Positions 1 through 13,927 of a stretch of 64,000 bases of DNA are shown one piece after another (position 1 is the first letter of the stretch; the number at the start of each line of letters is the position of its first letter). Where the stretch lies: assembly GCF_016433145.1 (NCBI RefSeq), contig NC_058130.1, positions 592,724,195 to 592,788,194 on the forward strand, written 5' to 3'. The position numbers and the translations under genes are program-made. The DNA comes from Gracilinanus agilis (taxonomy: Eukaryota). The notes under the pieces were generated by a model. It was not told the origin of the DNA. It saw nothing but the letters and a program-made list of their open reading frames with translations, and did no database searches.

Positions 1-1815
1 AAAATGTGATTTTCTAAGACACTTAGCAAGTATCTATTTGCAAATAAAAAGTAGTCATAAAGAAGTACTTATTTATATTTGTTTTTCAAGAATAGATTTT
101 AAAAGATAAGACATGATATCTCTATCCCAAAATAAAATGGACACCCATAGGATAGAATGGAACAGACATAAAGGCATTTCTTAAAATGGCCTGCAGGGTC
201 TGTGTATTTATTTCTCCCATGCAGTCCAATATTCTGATGATGCGATGATACAAATGATGCTAAATATACCAAAGAATTCTTTGTATGTGAAATGGAATAG
301 TTATTGTCTATAACCTTTAAAAAAAGTTAGGAAATAATACACAAATATACATGTTACTCTAATATTCCTAAATATCTCCCTATACCTCACAATGGATTAA
401 TCATGCAAGAACATATTTCATGAAAATTTAAATTGGGAAAGAACCTTAGCCATCATCTAATCCAATTATATGTAAAGAACCAAAGAACAGAAAGTAAAGT
501 TTACTTGCCTATATCTGGTGCTAGAACCCAGATTATTCTTTCCATTTTATCCCACTGTTTCCAATTTCTTAAACCAAAGAATACATTTGGCCTATCATAC
601 TTTTCTATTATCTAATTCTATTAGCATGCTTCATATGTGTCAAGCAATATTTCCTAAATGTATTCTAGAATTTGTGCAAGTCTCATTTATTTGAAGCCAG
701 AAGAATGAATTGGCTGGCCTTTTGGATTCTCTTCTGTTTCTAGAATTTGATTATACTGTGACTTTTCTCTGATGAAGATGATTATTTGTTATTGTCACTA
801 TTTGCATCCATCTAATTCAGAGGTGTTAACAAGAGTGCCAGACATACAAATATGGCCAAAGAATTGTGTATTTTTCCTCATTGCACAGAACTACAACATA
901 TTTCAATAAGTTAAGATTTTTCTCAATCTGTATCTCTTATTTCTCTGTCTCTGTCTTTGGATCTCTCTCTCTTTCTGCCTGTCTACCCACCCTCTCTTCC
1001 CCACAACCCTAGTCTCTTTTTCCCCTTATCTTTGCTCACTAAAATTTTATTAAGTATGATCAGGTAGAGCTTTGATTTTACCATTCTGGATATTCCATCC
1101 ATTAATATTGCCTGCAAGTTTTGCATGTCTTCTCATCTTATGTAACTATGTGACATTATGCTTCACCAGAATTTTCACCATCTATCTGACTGCAACAGAC
1201 TTGCCTCTTGTTCTTTTGAGTAAATTCTGACATGTCATATTTCTCTGCCCATGTGGGCAACCCAAATGTCCATTACTAAATATCTAGATAAAAAATTAAT
1301 CAACCAATTGGATATTTTCAGATTTGTCCACATATTTCCTATTATTAGCAACATGTCATGCTTTGCTTCATGTCATCAATCATGTTTTAGTGAGAAGACA
1401 ATTAATGTATTCAAGGGGGAAGGGTTAATTTCTTAACATGGATAATGGTTCTCCCCTGCAAAATGTTTCCCCTACAATCTTGTCTGTGATCAAAAACATC
1501 ATAACAATTGTCATGAGTCAGGATTCCATTTTCCTCTAGCCCTAGCACTCCTTCTAGAGCTATATGGATAGCAGTATGGAGATAGGAAATATAATTTGGA
1601 TTAAGTATATTATATTTCTGAATACTCATTTTATACATGATGAATAAGTTGAATAGATTTCTAAGAGCTGGAACCCAATGGAACACTGACATTTGTTCTC
1701 CTCAGGGAAGGGCCAATAGGCATGTTTTCCCAGCCTGTGTCAGCACCAATGGCCCACTGTTTAAAACAAAAGCCAATTTACATAGTGAGTTCAATATAAC
1801 ATTCCTGTACTAAGT

Positions 1816-1817
<2 letters not shown>

Positions 1818-1872
<55 letters not shown>
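1818..1872. repeat. (CT)n microsatellite
   Basis: Uninterrupted TC/CT dinucleotide run of about 27 units. Confidence 0.98.
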
Positions 1873-1876
<4 letters not shown>

Positions 1877-3399
1877 GTCTCTTGGTCTCTCTCTTGGTCT
1901 CTGATTCTTACTCAAAACACTATCTCTTCAAGGACTATATATATATATATATCAAAAAAAGTTTTCCATTTATGGGTAAGAAGAGTTTTAAAAAGGGGGT
2001 AAAGAGGGTATAACATTTTTCATGTTCCTCCTGTGTGGATTCATTTTTTTTTCAGGAGTTGTACTAAATTTGTCATTATTTCCCATAAGAGTAATACCTG
2101 AGTAAGTTATGGCTTACATAGGCCCTCTACTTGAAATGAAAAGCAGATTGCATTGCAGACTTGAATTATCCCCCAATATTTCATGATATATGATCCATCT
2201 TGATGGGATACTATTGTTATATATTTCATAGTTATGATTTCCAAGGTATCAAACTACTCATTATCTTCCAGTGCTAGCCAGCTATAAATGCCAAAACACT
2301 CTGGCTTCCAGTGTGTGCTTTTTTAAACTTATAGTCCTGTGTTCTGTGTATGTTTAGCATTTTATGGGGCTGCATAATATAGAAATGCCATAATACTTTA
2401 TCAAAAGCCCCAGCTAGGCTATTGACAGTATAGGTTTCATTTAATTCCTGGATGCAGCCGCCATTCCTTGATATTTCCTGTGTAATGCAATAAACACCAA
2501 ATGCAGTGCTTAAAATGAATATTTAAAAAATCAATCAGGCTTGAAATTTAATTTTATCTAATTGGCTTGCTACACTCTCACAAAATTGAATGGCATAAAA
2601 AATTTCAGCTACCCTATATAATTTCATATTTCCTCCAATCATAAAAATGGATTTTTTCCTCTCTCTTTTAACTTCCTTTGATATAATCTTTTAATTTAGT
2701 AAGTTAATTTAACCCTCTCCCCCACAGGTTTAAGAAAGTGTGTACCATCATCCCAGGATAGTAATCACACGTGCAATATAATTTAATGTCAGTCATTTTG
2801 CTCAAGATTAGCTTTCCATTGTGAGTCTCCAGGAGAATTAAAGGCTCTGAAGAGGTCCTGTTTGCCCCAGATTGCAATAGACACTTCTCTTTGGCATCCA
2901 GACTGCTGAAGGGGATCCCAGTAGAGAAAGCAAGATTCAGCCAGGCTTTCCTGATTCCCTAGCAGCTGCAAGGGTTAAACATTCCACTCGGGTTCATCTC
3001 TAGATAGAAATGGGCCATCATGTGTGACTTCCACCTCAGTGCTAGATTCTCAATGCCTTTGGGAAAGAACAAATATGTCTTAATGGAGAATCTCAGATCA
3101 ACAACAGCAGCTGGTTCATATGTGGATGACAGCAGGGAGATATATTTTTACATATAGTGACTTTGTGTGCAGAAAAATATGTATAAATGTAAGTGTCCTC
3201 TGGTATAGAAGCCTCAGGGGTATGTGAAGCACATTTTTGTTTCTGAAAAAGCTACCATTATTCTAAAAGCATATCACTTAGACTTAGTCTATGTGCCCAC
3301 CTGATTTGGCTGAATTTAGTCAAGACACAGAGTGATTGGATTCGGGTAATAAAACTTACCGTTAATGCAATTAATATTCAAAGGCCTATATATTTCTGT

Positions 3400-3475
3400 A
3401 AGGCAAGTGGTATAAGTACTATTTCCCCATTTTACAGATGAGAAAACTGAGGCCCACAGAAATTAGTTAGTTCAG
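3400..3475 (-). mobile_element. MIR (CORE-SINE) fragment
   Basis: Contains ccccattttacagatgagaaaactgaggc, the reverse complement of the MIR core. Confidence 0.8.
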
Positions 3476-4261
3476 AACCGGAATATCTACTCAATTTAAC
3501 AAGTAGTTATTAGCATGGGGTGCCATAATAATAACAATTAGTTATTAGCATGAGACACAGACTCAAAATAGGCCTTTTCCTTTACGAGCTTTCATTCTTG
3601 TAGGGGAATGGAGGTGAGTAACAAGTAAAAAATTCAAAACATGATAGGTTGGTGCATAGAAACACATTTTTGTAGTCTCTTCCCTACTTAAAGAATAATA
3701 GAAACTCCCTCTTTGATCCAAAAACCCACATTCTACTTATCATTCATTGGGGTCTGTTTTAAAGAAAAAGGAAAAGAAAAGCCTAAATACAAAACTTTAA
3801 TAACCTTGGTGTGAGACCATAATGTTTGACTTAAAGTCACAAAGACAATGAAAGCTGTTTTCCAACCTTTAAGAATAAATCAACTGAATGGAGTCATAGT
3901 AATATGAAAACATTGTCCCAATTGGGGGATACTTAACTCTCAACTGAGAATTCTTATTCAAAATCATTTTTATATCTTTAAATAATCATTGAATGTTCCT
4001 CATTGCTGTTCATCCCACTTTTCCTCACTACCTACTATGTCAATTGACATGTCATCTCTCATGGCGCCTTATCCTTACCTCTTCATATCACTAGTTTCTG
4101 CATAGGTCAAGAATCATTTTCCGTCTGAGGCTTTTCCTGATCCTGTCTTCTCAGCCTCAGATGAACTTGAACTTTACATCTATTATCCAACACTTCTTAT
4201 AACTTACTAGCAATATGACTTCATGCAAAAAATCTTAAAAACTCCTAGATTATTCCACTTC

Positions 4262-4530
4262 CACCCCTTTCATTCTTCCTTCTCTCCTTTTGTTCTTTCT
4301 TTTTCTCTTCCTTCCTTTTATTCTCTCTTCCTCCTCCTCCACCTCCTCCTTTTTGTTCTTGCTTTTCTTGTTGATGTTGTTCTTCTTGTTCTTGGTCTTG
4401 GTCTTGCTCTTGTTCTTGTTCTTGTTCTTCTTGTTCTTGTTCTTCTCTTCCTTCTCCTCCCCCTCCTCCTTCTCCTTCTCCTCCTCATCATGCTTCCCCT
4501 CTTTCTCTCTTTTCTTCTCCTGCTCCTGCT
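4262..4530. repeat. Compound pyrimidine-rich low-complexity tract: (TCC)n, (TTG)n, (TTCTTG)n
   Basis: Visible motif-shifting simple repeats. It generates the spurious Leu/Ser/Arg-rich ORFs at 4223-4697. Confidence 0.95.
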
Positions 4531-4766
4531 GTATATAGACATATATGCAGATATAGACAGATGGCTCTATGCAGATAGATTTCAGTTTTATTTATAATAC
4601 TATAAATGTGAGTTTTTATTACTAGCAGAAATAATTTCACATTCATTTTTAGTAATAATGAAACAGTTACTATATGTGGCATATATAAACCACTCACCCA
4701 CTAGTATATTTTCCCACTAGGAGACTGGCTTGGAGTAATTGATGCAGGGTTGCTATGTCTTGAAAG

Positions 4767-4780
4767 CCACCAGGTGGCAC
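4767..4780 (+). promoter_or_regulatory. Candidate CTCF binding site
   Basis: CCACCAGGTGGCAC closely matches the CTCF core consensus CCAC(C/T)AG(G/A)(G/T)GGC(A/G)C, in apparently unique sequence. Confidence 0.6.
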
Positions 4781-5489
4781 TTGACGCTTGAACCATCTTC
4801 CTGAGCATGCCCAGATAATCTCCTACTTAGAGACACCAGCAGTAAAATTGAATACAACAAGCAGATATTAAGTGCCTATACTATGCCAAATACATGGAAG
4901 GCCCAAGAGATAGAAAGTCAAAGAGAAAACTCACTTTCTATATACAATTTACTGAATGGGAAACTAATGCAATTATACAAATAAAAAAGTAAACATATGC
5001 ACAAAATATATTCAGAAGTCCCTCTATACTGTTTATTAGATCTATTCAGTTTCCTTTATCACATATTTTGTTATTCCTTTACCAAAATGGACACCTATCC
5101 TATTTTAATTTCCTACCTAGAAAGGTATAGATAAATGCCAGGTAATTTTTTGGTAGCATTTGAGTCACATTTAATTATTTCCAAAAAGGTAGGAATTAGG
5201 AAGAAAGAATAAAAGCATTATTTCACCATTTACTCAAACAGTAACTATAATTTCACATAGAAAGAACTACTCATGCCTAAGATTCCAAGTAAAAAGATAT
5301 CTGAGTCTGCTCCCATGAATCTACTTTGATTGTACCTATCTCATTATGCATAAGCTCCCTAGATTGACCTGCTAAAATTTAATGAATATGGAAAATTACT
5401 TAGAATCATTAGTCTGATTTATGAAAGCTTAACTCAAATGAGAACTAAACTACTTTTCATAGTTTCTAAAAATAAATTAAACACAAATT

Positions 5490-6000
5490 AACAAGCATTT
5501 AATAAATACCTACTATGTGCAAAAGAATTGTGATAATTCCTAGAGGGTAGAAAACCAAGAATTCCTTCCTTCCTTCCTTCCTTCCTTCCTTCCTTCCTTC
5601 CTTCCTTCCTTCCTTCCTTCCTTCCTTCCTTTCTCCATTTCTCCATTTTGCCTCAATTTTGATCTAAGCAGCATTCACATGAACTACCTTTCCCCCAAAA
5701 AAAATATTCATGTACTTTTCTCTCTTTATTTCTCTAATAGTTTAAACTTTTCTGAATTTTGAATCATTGTTCATAAGCTATACACTCTTATCATCCTTGT
5801 TTATTCTTTTTATATTCATTTCTACCACAGAGGTTTGGGGGTGCAACATCAGAGCCTCTTTCTTTCTTTCAATCCTATCTTAGTGGAATTGTAAATTTAA
5901 CCCATTTCCCTTCCTTTTGTGCATCTATCTACTTCCATGTCTCTTTCTATCTCTTTGTCACTATCTGTTTTTTTTTTTAATCATCTCCAGCTCCCATATA
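5490..6000 (-). mobile_element. L2 LINE 3' relic, interrupted by a (CCTT)n repeat
   Basis: aacaagcatttaataaatacctactatgtgc resembles the reverse-complemented L2 tail, followed by degenerate L2-like sequence. Confidence 0.6.
5562..5630. repeat. (CCTT)n tetranucleotide microsatellite
   Basis: About 17 perfect units. Confidence 0.98.
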
Positions 6001-6299
6001 TCTAGATTTTTTTTTTTAAATTGGGACACAATTTATTAAAAAGATTGAATCAGGAGATGAAGTTAATCTAATCTGTCTCTTGAGTCATGGGGCCTTTTCT
6101 TATTCCATGTCCTTTAGATAATGATTCACTGTCCCTGAGGCCAGTTTTTCTCTTCAATCTTAGAAATTGGCCCCCAAACAAGGGCCCTTACAGTCCCATT
6201 CTTGGAAAAGGGGGAAGGAGAGAAATAAAATCCTACAATGCACAACTCTTACTCCATGAATATAGTCTATCATGTCTCTAAGACAGAAACATTGCTTCT

Positions 6300-7480
6300 A
6301 CACACATACACACCAATGGGAACATTTTTCAGTACTTTCAACCACTCCCTTATTGCCATCTTTTGCTTCCATTGTTGGATAAGAATCTATTTGATTTATC
6401 ACAGCATTCTGAAAAACCTATTTTTTATAAGTTGCATTACAATAACCTATCTTTTAAGGCCACTTATTTCAATTTACATATACTTAATGTGTGATTAACA
6501 ATTGTTCTATTTTGTCTCACTTCTTCCAAGTTTTCTCCCAGGTCTACATTGTTAAGTTCTATATTTGTCACTTCTTTTTCAAAGCCTTAACTACTTTGGA
6601 AAGAAGTATAATTTTTTCCTATTCCATTTTTTGTCTCTAATTTTGCCCTATTATCCATCCTTATATCTTCTTCTGAAAGTTTCATTTACCTTTTGAACCA
6701 TTCTCCATTCTGGAACTCATGTCGTTGTCCCATGATCTCATTTTTGTCTAGATTTTTGTCTAGATTCTCATTTTTATTGGGGTTTACTGTTTATTTTTTT
6801 TCATAGCATAATATTTACTCAGTATATTATTGTATTTATTTTTTACTACTTTTTTTTTCTTCTGCCCTTATTAGTATCACTTTTATGTTTTCAATTTAGG
6901 TATGTGGCAGATTCCAGTCTCTTCTCAGTTCCTGAATAGCTCCTTATTAAAGAATTATTTATTGATTAGATATCTTGTCTTTTAACCTTTTTAATTTATT
7001 TCTACTACCATTTACCTGAGTTCCCTTCTTACTTTTTCCCCTGACCTCTTGAATTTTTGTGGCCCACTTTTCTTTTACATACTCTCTCTCCAAATTTGGA
7101 GGTTTTCATCTTCAAGTTGAGAGTAGCAGTATTGTTCATAGGACTACTCATGATAAAATGAATATATAGAACTAATATCAACTAAATCTCTTGCCCTCTT
7201 ATTCTTGGTCACAGAGGTCTTTATGTTATTTCCTCTTTTCTTCAAACTTACCAAACCAAGTTATAATCTTTACTTTCTATACCTGGGGAGGATCATTATT
7301 GTTCAACCCTTATGGAATACTAGAAAGTAATAAGATTTACTTCCAGAAGAGGATATATCAGCTATAATTTTTAAAGACAAGCTTGGGAAGTTGTCTACAT
7401 TGGCTACACCTGGAATGTTACATGGATCATAAATAAGATGAATTGGAATGTTCTATTTCATGAGAACCTAACTTCTTATC
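6300..7480 (-). mobile_element. Old L1/HAL1-type ORF1 and 5' relic
   Basis: The minus strand near 6407-6460 reads L-K-D-R-L-L-*-C-N-L-*-..I-G-F-S-E (frameshifted), resembling L1 ORF1 LEDRSRRNNLRIIGIPE. The strand is A-rich. Boundaries are approximate. Confidence 0.45.
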
Positions 7481-7968
7481 CTGGTTTTATATTCATATTT
7501 TGTGTATTCAACTTCATTAACTGTAGATTTGGTACATATTTGCCCTGTCTTTAAGTTGTTACATGGAAAATAATTATTCTATTCTCTTGTGAATCATGAG
7601 ACCCTTGGCCTTTTTTAAAAGTATGACCATGGCACAATCTCTGACAGCTATCCCTATCCTGGTTGCTATTCCACAATTGGTACAATGGATAGGTTAGATA
7701 AACTAGGCATTCAATTAATCAATCCATTTAACAAAAATTTAATCCAATGCTGCTTCCCAATAGTTCCTGAGGTAGTTAAAAGGAGATTTTAGAAGCTAAA
7801 AATAAAATAATATCATCATCAAAGATGTTAGAGCTGTCAAGGTGGTTGCCTGGGATCATAAGAACTTTCCTCCAAAGAACTAAAAACTGCTTTTAATTCT
7901 TCTTTACTAAAGGCCTCAGAGCTAGAACCCTGAAAAATTCACTGGACGTTTAAGTTAACCCAAACTAC

Positions 7969-10900
7969 CCTATATTTGAACAATTTCTTGGTTGCTTACA
8001 ATAGTCCCAGGTGGCACTAGGAGAGTGAGAGAAGTTAACTCATTCCTCTCCAGTTTCACCAGTATCTTGGCCCACAATAGTCCCGTTTATAACAAACTAT
8101 CCCTGTAGCTTTTCCAACTCTATAATTTCATTTCTCTTTGGCCTTTAAAGATCTAAATTGTAATAATAAATGTGGAATTCTATACAGTGAAATCTATTTC
8201 CTCAGGTCATTTCATTCATTATAAGAAGTTAAAGGTAGTTATATTCATTTCCCAACAAACTTTAATGTCCTCAGTTTTTATTAACATATGTATATATGAA
8301 ATGTAATTTCACATGTCTAACACTAGAAGGCTATCATAGGTCATTTAGGTGACAACTCCTGAATTTAATGAGAAAATTGAGGCTCAAAGACAATATGCAA
8401 TTTGACCAGTCACACTGGTGAAAATGTGTCAGACCTGAATTTTGAACTAAATTTTTTTATTTCTCCAGATTTAGTACTCTGCTGCTTCCCATCATTCTAT
8501 ATCTGTTCTTTTTTTGTTGATTATGGTTACAGACAAATGAGACATACCAGAGGAGAAAATCTTGGTATTCACCTTCTCAAGATTTATCTATATGGCAGAT
8601 TCAAAAACCTATAAGTCTCAGCCATGACCCTTGTGTGACACATGATGATACCCTTTAGAAAACCAGACTTCCTGAATCTCACAGATCCATGGTCACATTG
8701 CCTGGGTCTAAAAATGGGCATGTGAAGGCTGCAGAAGACTAATGATAGTAAATGTTATAAAAATCGATTGTACCATAAGGGGACGGTCCTTGAGAAGCTT
8801 AAAACAACAAGCATTTTCCTTTTACCAGGAATGATGACATTCTTATTGACAGTACTTCTGACTCATTTAATTCAGAAAAATCTTTCTTTTTAAATTGATG
8901 GATTATTTTCTGAGTAAAATTTTAGATACTGGCATAAGTACTTGTCATAGCCTTAGTTTTTTAAGGAATCAGGTACCTTGTCCTGTTTTCTGTTCTCTTC
9001 TAGCTTAGTAATATTCAGGTATTTTTTAGGATTACCTAACTGGTTGCCTTCATTTGGACCCTTTAAAGCAAAGATTCAGATGCACTCACACCATTACCGT
9101 GCCCTTGGTTTTATATTCATCATTGTCTTTGCCTAATAAGCTCTCTCTGGACTCCCGCCCTTGCAGGAGGTCAGTGCCTATTCAATCATGCCATTCCCTT
9201 CCACACATGTTGCTCTCTGAATTATTTACATTGCTGTTTGATTCAAAGCCACTTCTTAGATTATGTCATTACAAAGAAGAAACAAACTCAATTTTTAAAA
9301 AGAAGGTTCCTTTTATGCACTTTTAGAATATTGTTCAATGATTTCAGGTTGCCAACGTGAATAGATTTTGCCTTCATCAAACAACTGCATTTGGAATTAG
9401 CATTAATCAACCACAAATTCCCTTTTCTCCCCCCACTGGCAAAGTCATGAGGCTGATGCTCTAAGTATCATAGACGGCTTATGTGAGGAGGGGTGATGTC
9501 TTGCCATCAGGAGAGATTGCACTCATGTTCATTATTGACTTACTGCTTTAAATAAATCTGTTCCTCATTTCCCCAGTTTGGGAAAGAATAATGTTTTTCT
9601 GTAAATCAGGTTTAAAATGCTCAAATAAAAAGAGCTTTAAAAGCATAAGAAGTGTTATATATACTGGTGATTACTTTCACAGTGCTAAGATGGATTGTTT
9701 ATTGCTGTCATATAATTTCCTTAGGAACTTTTTTTCCTTGAGATGGCACCTTCAATTCAATTCTAGTCACTACTGCCAACAGAAAACGGCACCTAGCACC
9801 AGCACCGAGGAGCATAAAGTCCCTATTGGACTCTATCTCTCTGCAATGATCCACATTTATCTAAATCATATAGGTTTATAAGGGGAGACAATAGCAAAAT
9901 ATCTTATGTTAGTGTCATGACATTAAAAGAGGAGACAAGAGACCAGAAGTCTGTTTCTCTCCTGCCGCATTCTATATCCTTAGACAAATCACTTTGATTT
10001 TCTGTGTCCTGTGTTCCTTTGAGTCAGGGTAAGCATAATATCTGCCTCCTGGTAACCTTAGAGACATTGCATTATGAAGATTGAGCCTGAGGTTGCAGGA
10101 GCCAAGCGTGTCCGTGCATACCGTGTTATTTGTTCACTCCACTCAGACATGCTTCGTAACGAAATGGAGAGGTAGAGCAAACCCACATTGTTGGCTTATA
10201 TAGCTAACAGATTCATTTGGATTAGGTTCTTAGTGGGAGTCTGTGCATACGCTACCTTTAGGTAAATACTTTTTAAATTAAAGAGAAAAAAATCTTCTTG
10301 GGCAACAGCGAAGAAAGATGGATTGTGGAGGAAGAGTGGAAGAGTGAAGAGACTCAGGAAAATCATTGGATTCATCTGGAGATAAAAATGATAGAGAAAA
10401 AGCATGAAATAGATTGATATTATTGATACTTTCCTTAGAACTTTCTTTCTTTCTTTCTTATCCTATTCTCTGACCCCAACCCCTGACTTTCTTTTTATGT
10501 TCTTTTTTTTGGCTTTGACTTTTCTCTGAAGGCAGAAAATAACTGTAAGCATTGAAAGTGCATAGTAGGCAAAGTTTGGTTTTGATTCTGTGGAAAAATG
10601 GAAATTCTTCCTTTTAGGATTTTTCAATACCTTACATGAAAATAAGATCTGAGGAAATAGTAGATAGAGTTTAGGATAAAGAAGGAAGCAATATTTGATC
10701 AGTCTTTTGTACACAAGACAATAAAATATAAAATATTTGAAAAATAGAAAATCTATACTGTCAAAGGCATAATGGGGGAGAGGAAATGGAAAGAAAATGA
10801 AATCATGGAAAACGATTAAATTTTATGAGCATATTTTAAGCACCTACTATGTGCCAGACATTATGCTAGGTTCTGAGGATATGAAAAAAGAAGTTTATAT

Positions 10901-13900
10901 CATATTGAAGAAAACAACCAGTAAAGAAAATTTACATATATATATATNCCTATATCTGAACAATTTCTTGGTTGCTTACAATAGTCCCAGGTGGCACTAT
11001 GAGAGTGAGAGAAGTTAACTCATTCCTCTCCAGTTTCACCAGTATCTTGGCCCACAATAGTCCCCTTTATAACAAACTATCCCTGTAGCTTTTCCAACTC
11101 TATAATTTCATTTCTCTTTGGCCTTTAAAGATCTAAATTGTAATAATAAATGTGGAATTCTATACAGTGAAATCTATTTCCTCAGGTCATTTCATTCATT
11201 ATAAGAAGTTAAAGGTAGTTATATTCATTTCCCAACAAACTTTAATGTCCTCAGTTTTTATTAACATATGTATATATGAAATGTAATTTCACATGTCTAA
11301 CACTAGAAGGCTATCATAGGTCATTTAGGTGACAACTCCTGAATTTAATGAGAAAATTGAGGCTCAAAGACAATATGCAATTTGACCAGTCACACTGGTG
11401 AAAATGTATCAGACCTGAATTTTGAACTAAATTTTTTTATTTCTCCAGATTTAGTACTCTGCTGCTTCCCATCATTCTATATCTGTTCTTTTTTTGTTGA
11501 TTATGGTTACAGACAAATGAGACATACCAGAGGAGAAAATCTTGGTATTCACCTTCTCAAGATTTATCTATATGGCAGATTCAAAAACCTATAAGTCTCA
11601 GCCATGACCCTTGTGTGACACATGATGATACCCTTTAGAAAACCAGACTTCCTGAATCTCACAGATCCATGGTCACATTGCCTGGGTCTAAAAATGGGCA
11701 TGTGAAGGCTGCAGAAGACTAATGATAGTAAATGTTATAAAAATCGATTGTACCATAAGGGGACGGTCCTTGAGAAGCTTAAAACAACAAGCATTTTCCT
11801 TTTACCAGGAATGATGACATTCTTATTGACAGTACTTCTGACTCATTTAATTCAGAAAAATCTCTCTTTTTAAATTGATGGATTATTTTCTGAGTAAAAT
11901 TTTAGATACTGGCATAAGTACTTGTCATAGCCTTAGTTTTTTAAGGAATCAGGTACCTTGTCCTGTTTTCTGTTCTCTTCTAGCTTAGTAATATTCAGGT
12001 ATTTTTTAGGATTACCTAACTGGTTGCCTTCATTTGGACCCTTTAAAGCAAAGATTCAGATGCACTCACACCATTACCGTGCCCTTGGTTTTATATTCAT
12101 CATTGTCTTTGCCTAATAAGCTCTCTCTGGACTCCCGCCCTTGCAGGAGGTCAGTGCCTATTCAATCATGCCATTCCCTTCCACACATGTTGCTCTCTGA
12201 ATTATTTACATTGCTGTTTGATTCAAAGCCACTTCTTAGATGATGTCATTACAAAGAAGAAACAAACTCAATTTTTAAAAAGAAGGTTCCTTTTATGCAC
12301 TTTTAGAATATTGTTCAATGATTTCAGGTTGCCAACGTGAATAGATTTTGCCTTCATCAAACAACTGCATTTGGAATTAGCATTAATCAACCACAAATTC
12401 CCTTTTCTCCCCCCACTGGCAAAGTCATGAGGCTGATGCTCTAAGTATCATAGACGGCTTATGTGAGGAGGGGTGATGTCTTGCCATCAGGAGAGATTGC
12501 ACTCATGTTCATTATTGACTTACTGCTTTAAATAAATCTGTTCCTCATTTCCCCAGTTTGGGAAAGAATAATGTTTTTCTGTAAATCAGGTTTAAAATGC
12601 TCAAATAAAAAGAGCTTTAAAAGCATAAGAAGTGTTATATATACTGGTGATTACTTTCACAGTGCTAAGATGGATTGTTTATTGCTGTCATATAATTTCC
12701 TTAGGAACTTTTTTTCCTTGAGATGGCACCTTCAATTCAATTCTAGTCACTACTGCCAACAGAAAACGGCACCTAGCACCAGCACCGAGGAGCATAAAGT
12801 CCCTATTGGACTCTATCTCTCTGCAATGATCCACATTTATCTAAATCATATAGGTTTATAAGGGGAGACAATAGCAAAATATCTTATGTTAGTGTCATGA
12901 CATTAAAAGAGGAGACAAGAGACCAGAAGTCTGTTTCTCTCCTGCCGCATTCTATATCCTTAGACAAATCACTTTGATTTTCTGTGTCCTGTGTTCCTTT
13001 GAGTCAGGGTAAGCATAATATCTGCCTCCTGGTAACCTTAGAGACATTGCATTATGAAGATTGAGCCTGAGGTTGCAGGAGCCAAGCGTGTCCGTGCATA
13101 CCGTGTTATTTGTTCACTCCACTCAGACATGCTTCGTAACGAAATGGAGAGGTAGAGCAAACCCACATTGTTGGCTTATATAGCTAACAGATTCATTTGG
13201 ATTAGGTTCTTAGTGGGAGTCTGTGCATACGCTACCTTTAGGTAAATACTTTTTAAATTAAAGAGAAAAAAATCTTCTTGGGCAACAGCGAAGAAAGATG
13301 GATTGTGGAGGAAGAGTGGAAGAGTGAAGAGACTCAGGAAAATCATTGGATTCATCTGGAGATAAAAATGATAGAGAAAAAGCATGAAATAGATTGATAT
13401 TATTGATACTTTCCTTAGAACTTTCTTTCTTTCTTTCTTATCCTATTCTCTGACCCCAACCCCTGACTTTCTTTTTATGTTCTTTTTTTTGGCTTTGACT
13501 TTTCTCTGAAGGCAGAAAATAACTGTAAGCATTGAAAGTGCATAGTAGGCAAAGTTTGGTTTTGATTCTGTGGAAAAATGGAAATTCTTCCTTTTAGGAT
13601 TTTTCAATACCTTACATGAAAATAAGATCTGAGGAAATAGTAGATAGAGTTTAGGATAAAGAAGGAAGCAATATTTGATCAGTCTTTTGTACACAAGACA
13701 ATAAAATATAAAATATTTGAAAAATAGAAAATCTATACTGTCAAAGGCATAATGGGGGAGAGGAAATGGAAAGAAAATGAAATCATGGAAAACGATTAAA
13801 TTTTATGAGCATATTTTAAGCACCTACTATGTGCCAGACATTATGCTAGGTTCTGAGGATATGAAAAAAGAAGTTTATATCATATTGAAGAAAACAACCA

Positions 13901-13927
13901 GTAAAGAAAATTTACATATATATATAT
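7969..13927. repeat. Direct tandem duplication, period 2,980 bp (7969-10947 and 10949-13927), joined by a single N
   Basis: The ORF track repeats at an offset of 2980 (8402/11382, 9591/12571, 10196/13176). I saw only 6 substitutions. N at 10948. Confidence 0.97.

Noticed and set aside
4223-4697. Longest ORFs in the track (124, 82, 74 and 69 aa)
   Set aside because: They are translations of a simple-repeat tract (poly-Leu/Ser/Arg) with no coding signature.
8004-8019. Second CTCF-like motif gtcccaggtggcacta (also in copy 2)
   Set aside because: It lacks the highly informative leading CCA of the core, so the match is weak.
8402-13694. Paired identical ORFs suggesting a duplicated gene cassette
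   Set aside because: They only reflect the 2,980-bp duplication. The peptides are AT-rich noise, partly MIR-derived.
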